Positions 16,863 through 23,120 of a stretch of DNA of 28,156 bases are shown here, in pieces. This stretch comes from a virus (taxonomy: Duplodnaviria > Caudoviricetes): positions 1 to 28,156 of IMG/VR virus record IMGVR_UViG_3300005805_000355. The stretch is one strand, 5' to 3'. Position numbers and translations under genes: made by a program. The notes beneath the pieces were generated by a model. That model was not told the origin of the DNA. It did no database searches and saw only the letters and a program-made list of their open reading frames with translations. Positions within the stretch are counted from its first letter, which is position 1. Every line of letters starts with the position of its first letter.

Positions 16863-17606
16863 TTACCCTGTTTTCCGCTGCTCTGCACCTATTTGCTGCG
16901 CTTCTGCTAACTTTTTGAGCACATAGCCTGCCGGGTTCTTTAGCTGCCTGGCGCTGGCTCTTGCCTGCCTCATCACCCGATCAAAGTCTGCCTGCGTGAT
17001 GTCAGGGCTTGCCTCTGCGAGTTTGGCCCAGGTGGCCTGATCGATCCAACCTTTCCCCTCTGGCAGCCATTCCGGACGCTTGGCCTGCTGCGCAGCCCAG
17101 GCCAGGATCTGTGCCCTGCTGGTGATGCTGATCTGCTGCCCATCAGCATCAGCAGCGGTTTCGTCTGTCTGATGATGTTTCTTCTCTTCTCTTCTCTTCT
17201 CTGAGCGCGTTTCTGTCACGCTGCGAGCGTGATGCCCCTGCTGCACATCCGTCACGCTGTCAGCGTGACGCGAGCGTGACGCCCTCACAGCTGCCTGCGC
17301 TCGCTGCTTTGCGCTCGCAGCGTTATGTTCGTCGAACCTCTCGATACAGACGCCATCGCTCAGGATCACCAGCCAGCCCGGCCAGGGCGCTGCCAGCGCT
17401 TTGCTGAAGCCTGGCATGCCAACCATCTCATCCACCACAGCAGCGGTGTAGCCCGGCAGGCTGCCATCTTCGCTGTGCTGGTCTGCGATGGCCCACAGCA
17501 TGAACAGGCCACCGATCACCTGCGCACGATGCACCTGCAGCTGCTGGCTCAGCATCAGAACCCGGGGATCACTCGCCAGGTTGGTTCTCATCTTGATCCA
17601 GGACAT
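16863..17606 (-). CDS. Phage replication initiator (replisome organiser, lambda O-like architecture)
   Basis: MSWIKMRTNL..DPRV...LFMLWAIAD N-terminus, EKRREEKK linker, C-terminal NPAGYV motif; internal DNA repeats. Confidence 0.75.
   Translation of the reverse strand: MSWIKMRTNLASDPRVLMLSQQLQVHRAQVIGGLFMLWAIADQHSEDGSLPGYTAAVVDEMVGMPGFSKALAAPWPGWLVILSDGVCIERFDEHNAASAKQRAQAAVRASRSRHADSVTDVQQGHHARSVTETRSEKRREEKKHHQTDETAADADGQQISITSRAQILAWAAQQAKRPEWLPEGKGWIDQATWAKLAEASPDITQADFDRVMRQARASARQLKNPAGYVLKKLAEAQQIGAEQRKTG
17179..17282. repeat. Iteron-like inverted repeats plus (TTCTC)n tract; candidate replication origin
   Basis: TCACGCT-N3-AGCGTGA at 17216-17232 and within the perfect palindrome CGTCACGCTG-T-CAGCGTGACG at 17250-17270; extra half-site at 17273-17282; pyrimidine tract at 17179-17202. 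Confidence 0.55.
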
Positions 17607-17607
17607 C

Positions 17608-18408
17608 TCAGCCCTCTCTTCCTAGATCCAGTTTGGCCTGCAGCGCCTCTGTGGCATCCGTCGCCTGGCTGCTACCTTCTAGCTCCTCCACACCGATGGC
17701 ACCCTGCAGGGCATCAGGGAAGCTGTCACGCAGGGCAAAGGCTCTGGCCCTGGCCAGCATCATGCGATCAGGATACAGCGACCACGGCCCAGGCTTTCCC
17801 CACAGGCCTGCACGCTTCGCATCTGCTGCCCCGAATGTCACGCTGTAGGGCATGCGCTCACCTGCCACCAGACGGAAGCAGGTATAGGTGCAGGTTCGTG
17901 CATCACCTGTGCCGGCGTACTCCACCTTTTGCCCAGCCCAGGCAGGATGTTTCAGGCAAAGACTCATTAGCGCATCGCCCCACAGCGATGGCCTGTTGTT
18001 GACGATGCAGACCTGTGCCATGCTCTGCAGGCTGGTAAAGCCCAGCGCCATGCCGTACTCAATGGCCACAGCTACCCTGCTTTCGGTTTCCTGCTGGCTG
18101 CGCCCCTCCAGGCCTCTTGGCACCATGCCTGCCCGCATGTAGTGGCGCACCATGCTGGTCAGCTCTTTCATCGTTTCCAGCACCACCAGGCCCTCACGAA
18201 TCCTGGGGCTGCGATCGATCACATCGACAGCCAGCGTCTGCCCCCCTGCCACAGCAGCTGCCTGCCCTGCGATCACTATCGCCTGCTGATCCTGAGCCTC
18301 TGCCGGCGCTGTCACAGGCTCTGCACGATCAATAGCACGATCGATGTCTGCCATATCGGGCAGAGAAGCCTGCTTCGTCACCGATCCGGTCTTCCGTCTG
18401 GGTTCCAT
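17608..18408 (-). CDS. RecT/Red-beta-like single-strand annealing protein
   Basis: IVNNRPSLWGD, DAKRAGLWGK.GPW..YPDRM and RAFALRDSFPD.L.G motifs; start reassigned to ATG 18408 behind AGGAAGG. Confidence 0.8.
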   Translation of the reverse strand: MEPRRKTGSVTKQASLPDMADIDRAIDRAEPVTAPAEAQDQQAIVIAGQAAAVAGGQTLAVDVIDRSPRIREGLVVLETMKELTSMVRHYMRAGMVPRGLEGRSQQETESRVAVAIEYGMALGFTSLQSMAQVCIVNNRPSLWGDALMSLCLKHPAWAGQKVEYAGTGDARTCTYTCFRLVAGERMPYSVTFGAADAKRAGLWGKPGPWSLYPDRMMLARARAFALRDSFPDALQGAIGVEELEGSSQATDATEALQAKLDLGREG

Positions 18409-18568
18409 GCGCTCACCTTCCTGTTGTTTGCCTGCTATGTGCCATATAGGCCAGGCGCAGATGCCTGTGGCAGCACTCGCCACCGACTGCCTGCGCTGGT
18501 CTTTCGACCAACGCAGACGCACCACCCAGCTGCTGCTGCAGCTCCCCTGTCCAAGGCCTCTGTCAGGA

Positions 18569-19411
18569 TCAGAAAGGCTCAGCGCCATAAGAGTCTGCAG
18601 CCGGCACAGGTGCCAGCTGTGCCCACTTGGGCAGCTCCAGCGTACTCAGTTCATCGGGATAGCCTGGCCAGACACCACTAACCTGACAGTCTGCCCACAA
18701 TCGCAGGCAGCTCTTGTAGAGTCTGCGTCCGGTTTCGATCGCCTCATCATCCAGCCGATACACAGCCACACCATGTGGCGCTGTAGACTCTGCCACGATG
18801 AAGGTATAGGGCAGCACCTCACCAGCGCAGGCAGCCCAGCCATCGACATAAAAGGCCGCCTGCATGTGGTAATGAAAGTTTGCCACTGTGCGCTGGAAAT
18901 CACGCCAGCCGGCGCCGCTGCTGGTGGTCTTGAAATCGCAGATCAGCACGCCTGGTGCCACGCTGTCAAGCAGCGCCTTGCATCCAACGCCGGTGTCCTC
19001 ATCTGTCCAGCGCAGCGCTCGCTGGTACGCTTTGGCCCTCAGCATCGCTGCTGCGGTCTTCGATGCCTGGACAGCTCTGCAGATGTCCATTGCCTGATGC
19101 AGCGTTTCGTGATCGATGATTACCAGGCGCTGCGCCTCTGCCTGCTCCACCAGGGCCTTGCCCTCTTTGGTTCTACGGTCGATCTTTTCCACGATCAGAA
19201 ACCTGCTGGGCATCTGCTCTGGTGTGAAGATCAGGGTATCAGTCAGGCTGCCCAGGATCATGCCGGCGTTCTGCTCACGCTGCGGGGCATCCATCGCTGC
19301 CTTCATGTGCAGCGCCGATTTCAGGGCATGCTTCAGGGTGCTGAAATTGGCTGCTTTGATGGCCCGATACTCATCCGGTGTGCAATCTAGTATGCTCGCT
19401 GTCATCTTCAT
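18569..19411 (-). CDS. PD-(D/E)XK exonuclease, RecE/exonuclease VIII-like
   Basis: NFSTLK, CKALLD, ICDFKTT, YHMQAAFY and FIVAES..PH motifs; ATGA-coupled start at 19411; adjacent to the annealing protein. Confidence 0.85.
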   Translation of the reverse strand: MKMTASILDCTPDEYRAIKAANFSTLKHALKSALHMKAAMDAPQREQNAGMILGSLTDTLIFTPEQMPSRFLIVEKIDRRTKEGKALVEQAEAQRLVIIDHETLHQAMDICRAVQASKTAAAMLRAKAYQRALRWTDEDTGVGCKALLDSVAPGVLICDFKTTSSGAGWRDFQRTVANFHYHMQAAFYVDGWAACAGEVLPYTFIVAESTAPHGVAVYRLDDEAIETGRRLYKSCLRLWADCQVSGVWPGYPDELSTLELPKWAQLAPVPAADSYGAEPF

Positions 19412-19617
19412 CTTCCTTTCGTTTCCTCTGCTCTGATCGCCTGCACAGCTGCAGGGCATTTGAGCAGCGCACGATGCGCTGCCCTTAGTCTTTTCCCCCT
19501 CCTCAGATACTCAGCCATGCTGACCTCAAGCCTGTCATCTTCATCGGTGGCCAGAATAAAAAGCCTGGCTGCTGATGCAAACTGTGCCAGCACTCTGATG
19601 GTCTGCTCATCGCTCAT
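19408..19617 (-). CDS. Hypothetical protein (69 aa)
   Basis: GAAAGGA RBS; stop overlaps the exonuclease start. Confidence 0.6.
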   Translation of the reverse strand: MSDEQTIRVLAQFASAARLFILATDEDDRLEVSMAEYLRRGKRLRAAHRALLKCPAAVQAIRAEETKGR

Positions 19618-19699
19618 CGTTCAGTTCCTTTCGATGCTGCCTGGTGCAGGCCCTCTGGCTGCGCTCGGGCACAGCCATCGGGCAAGCGCCACGCAGCGC

Positions 19700-20071
19700 T
19701 CAGGTTTCTGCCTCATCCTGCCGGAATAGATCCGCAGCATCTTGCTGCTCAGCCAGGCGCTCCAGCAGTTTGGCCAGCTGGGCCTCCAGTCTGCTCACCC
19801 TGCGCTCCAGATCATCTGCCTGCTGGCCCACCGATGTGGCCTTCGGCAGCGGTTTGCGGAAGACCACCCTGCAGCCATCCGGTGCATCACGCAGCATATC
19901 TTCGACCTTTTCCAGATGTCGCACAGTCACCTGGAATGGCAGTTTGGAATCACGATTCACCACAGCTGCGGCTTCGTGCCTCCACAGTCTGCCCCACTGT
20001 GCTGCCCTGGGCAGCAGCCAGGCCACCAGCGCCACCCTCTGCCGTTCTGTAAGTCTGTTGTGCTGTCGCAT
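19700..20071 (-). CDS. Hypothetical protein (123 aa, C-terminal coiled coil)
   Basis: GAGGTG RBS; fits the minus-strand operon packing. Confidence 0.6.
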   Translation of the reverse strand: MRQHNRLTERQRVALVAWLLPRAAQWGRLWRHEAAAVVNRDSKLPFQVTVRHLEKVEDMLRDAPDGCRVVFRKPLPKATSVGQQADDLERRVSRLEAQLAKLLERLAEQQDAADLFRQDEAET

Positions 20072-20079
20072 CGATCACC

Positions 20080-20214
20080 TCAGAGAAAGAAACTCAGCCA
20101 GGCCATCCCGATCACCATGATCAGGAAACATGCCACCAGCGCCGCCCTGCACACACTCTGTGCAGGCTCTGCCATCCCATTGATCCGGTCTTCGATATGT
20201 CGCATCGCATCCAT
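20080..20214 (-). CDS. Small single-TM membrane peptide (44 aa), below the ORF-track cutoff
   Basis: Manual translation MDAMRHIEDRINGMAEPAQSVCRAALVACFLIMVIGMAWLSFFL*; fills the gap between neighbours. Confidence 0.55.
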   Translation of the reverse strand: MDAMRHIEDRINGMAEPAQSVCRAALVACFLIMVIGMAWLSFFL

Positions 20215-20234
20215 CCCTTCTGCGCCTTTGGCGC

Positions 20235-20534
20235 TCAGTCCTGAAGCATCACATTGACCAGCAGGTTTTCTGCGGTCTGCCAGGCAGCATCAGTGTCAGG
20301 AACCCGCACATCATGCTGCACGATGTCACGCATGCTCACTCGCACCCTGCAGCCTTTCCCAAGCAGGTCTTTCGTCACCAGGGCGCTGGCGCCGCTGTCT
20401 GCCGTTGGCAGCAGTGTCCAGCGCATTTCGCTGTGGTTGCGATCGACCTGCCAGACACCCATCGTCCGGTTCCTCATCACAGCAGCCACCATGTTGCCCA
20501 CCTGAAACATCTCTTGGCGTCTTCCCATCAGCAT
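20235..20534 (-). CDS. Hypothetical early protein (99 aa)
   Basis: GAAAGGA RBS; first gene after the promoter at 20570-20598. Confidence 0.6.
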   Translation of the reverse strand: MLMGRRQEMFQVGNMVAAVMRNRTMGVWQVDRNHSEMRWTLLPTADSGASALVTKDLLGKGCRVRVSMRDIVQHDVRVPDTDAAWQTAENLLVNVMLQD

Positions 20535-20569
20535 CTGTGTCTTCCTTTCAAGTTACCCTCTGTTCCCTG

Positions 20570-20598
20570 ATGCTACACATATCGCCACACCATAGCAA
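20570..20598 (-). promoter_or_regulatory. Sigma70-type early promoter
   Basis: Minus strand TTGCTA-17 nt-TAGCAT, in an intergenic gap. Confidence 0.65.
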
Positions 20599-20608
20599 GG
20601 GCCTGCAA

Positions 20609-20962
20609 TCATTCCGCATGTTTTTCTTCGATGTCAGCGATCGCCCCAGCGCACAGCATGGCTGCGATCATGCAGCCCAGCGCCTTGGCGCTCTGGTCGA
20701 TGTGTTCCGGTGTGCAGATCGATCCTGGAATCAGCCTTTCGCACACCTGCATCAGGCGCTCTGCCAGCAGCTCTTGATGCTCTGTATGTCCAGCGAAATC
20801 GTCCCTGCGCACATGAAAGCTGCACAGCGGCGTTGGATCCGCTGCCGCTCGCTGCATCGTCACCTTCACCGATCCCTGTTCTTGCCCCACACACAGCATC
20901 AGATCGCCATGCCGGCACATCAGAAAGCACACACCTATTCTGCTCCAGTCTGCCATTTCCAT
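20609..20962 (-). CDS. Hypothetical protein (117 aa)
   Basis: AGGGGA RBS before ATG 20962, which avoids overlap with the upstream gene. Confidence 0.5.
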   Translation of the reverse strand: MEMADWSRIGVCFLMCRHGDLMLCVGQEQGSVKVTMQRAAADPTPLCSFHVRRDDFAGHTEHQELLAERLMQVCERLIPGSICTPEHIDQSAKALGCMIAAMLCAGAIADIEEKHAE

Positions 20963-20997
20963 CGGTGTCCCCTGCAGGCCATGCCTGCGGTTTGGTT

Positions 20998-21369
20998 TCA
21001 ATACTCGCCTGGCAGCATCAGCACACCTGAGCTGACATAGACCCGCAGGGATTCCAGCGGGCAATCCGTCCAATCGATCACCTGAATCACGCAATACCAG
21101 GCCTCATCACGCCCATCGGTGCAGGTCAGTCTGGCCTTGCGATCATCCCCCACCTCAAGATTCCAGACCTGGAAGGATCCACACAGCTTTGCAGCTGTGC
21201 GCTGGTGGCTGGCAATCGCATCGACCAGCCACCACATGCCACCCCTGTCAGCCACAGCACGCATGCCATCTGTGACCAGCAGGTTGGTGTGCCGATACAG
21301 GCTGTCGGTTCCGCTGGCATGTGCGATGATCTGCTGCAGCTCTGCTCGAATGTCGGTGCTGCTGTTCAT
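20998..21369 (-). CDS. Conserved hypothetical protein, DUF6876-like
   Basis: GTDSLYRH, TDG, WLVDAIASHQ, FQVWNL, TDCPL and VLMLPGEY match my recollection of this family; not verified by search. Confidence 0.6.
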   Translation of the reverse strand: MNSSTDIRAELQQIIAHASGTDSLYRHTNLLVTDGMRAVADRGGMWWLVDAIASHQRTAAKLCGSFQVWNLEVGDDRKARLTCTDGRDEAWYCVIQVIDWTDCPLESLRVYVSSGVLMLPGEY

Positions 21370-21596
21370 CGGCCACCCCCTACCTGCGTCGTTCGCTTTT
21401 GCTCTGGCATTTCATCGATCGCATCCTGCAGCATTTGGCGCAGGCAGTCTGCCACAAGGGCTGCATCCCGCAGACACAATTTGCGCCCCTGCTCATTCCC
21501 AAGCTCGGCAGCCATGCCTGCCAGCCTGATGCAGCCATTGATGTTGCGCATCGTCTGACGAATGCCCCGGTATGTCTTTGCGTTCGTGCATTTCAT
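21366..21596 (-). CDS. Hypothetical early protein (76 aa)
   Basis: AGAAAGG RBS inside the 24-bp repeat; ATGA coupling to the next gene. Confidence 0.6.
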   Translation of the reverse strand: MKCTNAKTYRGIRQTMRNINGCIRLAGMAAELGNEQGRKLCLRDAALVADCLRQMLQDAIDEMPEQKRTTQVGGGR

Positions 21597-21604
21597 GTTT
21601 CGTG

Positions 21605-21628
21605 CCTTTCTGCCAGCTGTGCTGGCCT
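21605..21628 (-). repeat. 24-bp exact direct repeat (hairpin + RBS), copy 1
   Basis: CCTTTCTGCCAGCTGTGCTGGCCT, identical to 21898-21921. Confidence 0.9.
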
Positions 21629-21630
21629 AG

Positions 21631-21891
21631 TTATCGCATCGATGCTGCAGCGTTATTGAGTGTTCTGGCCAGATTGCGCAGGAATCGGTGAGTCTGGCTG
21701 TCAGTGGCTGCGCCAGCGGCCATTCGACACTCCAAAGATTGCGCACGCAGCACATCGGCATCAGCTTCGAAATCCAGGATCATGCCAGAAGCCAGCTCAG
21801 CAGCGCTCACTGATCTGTTGCGCACAGCCATGCCAGCCATCAGGCCCTGATCCACACCCCACACATACACGGTTTCGATTTGCTTTGTCAT
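21631..21891 (-). CDS. Hypothetical early protein (86 aa)
   Basis: AGAAAGGTG RBS; first gene of the minus-strand transcript; bracketed by the 24-bp repeats. Confidence 0.6.
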   Translation of the reverse strand: MTKQIETVYVWGVDQGLMAGMAVRNRSVSAAELASGMILDFEADADVLRAQSLECRMAAGAATDSQTHRFLRNLARTLNNAAASMR

Positions 21892-21897
21892 CTGTCA

Positions 21898-21921
21898 CCT
21901 TTCTGCCAGCTGTGCTGGCCT
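21898..21921 (-). repeat. 24-bp exact direct repeat (hairpin + RBS), copy 2
   Basis: Identical to 21605-21628. Confidence 0.9.
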
Positions 21922-21954
21922 GTTTATCTGCTACCCTTTGTTCCCCTCTGCTAC

Positions 21955-21982
21955 ACATTAGCACATCGGCACGCCCTGGCAA
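21955..21982 (-). promoter_or_regulatory. Sigma70-type early promoter (paralogue of the 20570-20598 promoter)
   Basis: Minus strand TTGCCA-16 nt-TAATGT; flanks resemble the other promoter region. Confidence 0.5.
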
Positions 21983-22018
21983 GCTGCTGCAGACATTCCG
22001 GATGGTTTTTCTGACAAT

Positions 22019-22065
22019 CTGCACCTTTCCACAATCCCTGCACATTTCCACAATCGGGTTATGCT
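22019..22065 (+). promoter_or_regulatory. Tandem 18-bp repeats plus -10 box; candidate activator-dependent promoter of the plus-strand operon
   Basis: CTGCAC(C/A)TTTCCACAATC at 22019-22036 and 22038-22055; TATGCT at 22060-22065; ATG at 22072. Confidence 0.5.
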
Positions 22066-22071
22066 CTGCCG

Positions 22072-22806
22072 ATGCGCACACCGATCATCCTGCCGTTGTG
22101 TTTGACACTCGCCACGCTCGCCGGCTGCAGCAGCTGGTTCAAAGCGCCCAGCCCCATCGATGGCAAGCCTGCGACAGCTCAGCAGCTCGCTCAGCAGCAG
22201 CGCCAGCTGCAGGCTCAGCAGGTCGCTGAGCAGGCCAAGCTGCAGCTGCAGCTCGAACAGGCGCAGCGCAGCAGCCAAGACAGCAGGGCAGCTGCCAAGC
22301 GCTCATTCCAGCTCGCCAGCTCCAGGGTGCAGGCAGACGCCCAGACGCAGCTCCAGGCGCTTGCCGCAGAGTTTGAGCAGGCAGATGCAGAAGCCACCAG
22401 CGCCCTGGCATCAGTTCAGGCCAGCATCAGCAGCCAGCTCGCAGCGATGCAGGCAGACACACAGCGCCAGGCAGAAGGCTTTGCTGCAGCGCTCGCAGAC
22501 ATCGAAGAACAGCGCCAGGCGATTTCAGGCCTGCTCGATGTGGCCCAAAGCGCCGGCCAAGGCTTTGGCCCCATTGGTGGTGTGATCGGTGGCCTGATCG
22601 GTCTGGGTGGTGTCGCCATCGGCATCCGGGGCAAGCGCTCAGCTGACAGCATCAGGGCTGCTGCCACCAAGGTCATCACTGCCATTGATGTGGCCAGGTC
22701 GAAAGATCCGGCATTCGATGCAGCGATCACAGCCAACGCCGATCTGCTGAATGAATGGCAGGGCGATGCAGGCAAGGCCCTGGTCGATTCGGTGCAGAAA
22801 GGGTGA
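22072..22806 (+). CDS. Lipoprotein with long coiled coil and C-proximal TM helix (unimolecular-spanin-like topology)
   Basis: Lipobox LAGC (Cys19); Gln/Ala helical region aa ~36-150; Gly-zipper hydrophobic segment aa ~165-185 followed by RGKR. Confidence 0.65.
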   Translation: MRTPIILPLCLTLATLAGCSSWFKAPSPIDGKPATAQQLAQQQRQLQAQQVAEQAKLQLQLEQAQRSSQDSRAAAKRSFQLASSRVQADAQTQLQALAAEFEQADAEATSALASVQASISSQLAAMQADTQRQAEGFAAALADIEEQRQAISGLLDVAQSAGQGFGPIGGVIGGLIGLGGVAIGIRGKRSADSIRAAATKVITAIDVARSKDPAFDAAITANADLLNEWQGDAGKALVDSVQKG

Positions 22807-22810
22807 TGCC

Positions 22811-23107
22811 ATGCAGATAGAAAGACAGCTGGAAGCGCTCACCACGCTGGTGGGTGAAATCCGCAGGGATCAGGCGCTCGCTGCACAGGACAGCGCTGCC
22901 ACCAAGGCCGATGTGGCCAAGATGTGCAAGATCATCACAGGTGAAAGCGAACCCGAACGGGGTCTGGTGCTGCGCCTCAAGGCCCTGGAGCAGGGTGTTG
23001 ATGGCCTGCGCCAGGATCACCATGCCATCAGATCCTGGGCCTGGTCTGCGATCGGCAGCGCTGTGGTTGGTATCGGCGCTCTGCTCTGGCAAAGACTGAT
23101 CGATTGA
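22811..23107 (+). CDS. Coiled-coil plus C-terminal TM protein (holin/XhlA-like), 98 aa
   Basis: ATG 22811 lies 4 nt after the upstream stop; TM segment WAWSAIGSAVVGIGALLW. Confidence 0.55.
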   Translation: MQIERQLEALTTLVGEIRRDQALAAQDSAATKADVAKMCKIITGESEPERGLVLRLKALEQGVDGLRQDHHAIRSWAWSAIGSAVVGIGALLWQRLID

Positions 23108-23120
23108 AAGGACACACCTC

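Noticed and set aside
18344-19390. 348-aa plus-strand ORF and similar long antisense ORFs (e.g. 14161-15114, 13357-14100)
   Set aside because: They lie opposite well-supported minus-strand genes and are expected in GC-rich DNA.
21605-22055. Short repeats as a CRISPR mini-array
   Set aside because: Only two copies of each, separated by a whole gene or by 1 nt; no spacer periodicity and no cas genes.
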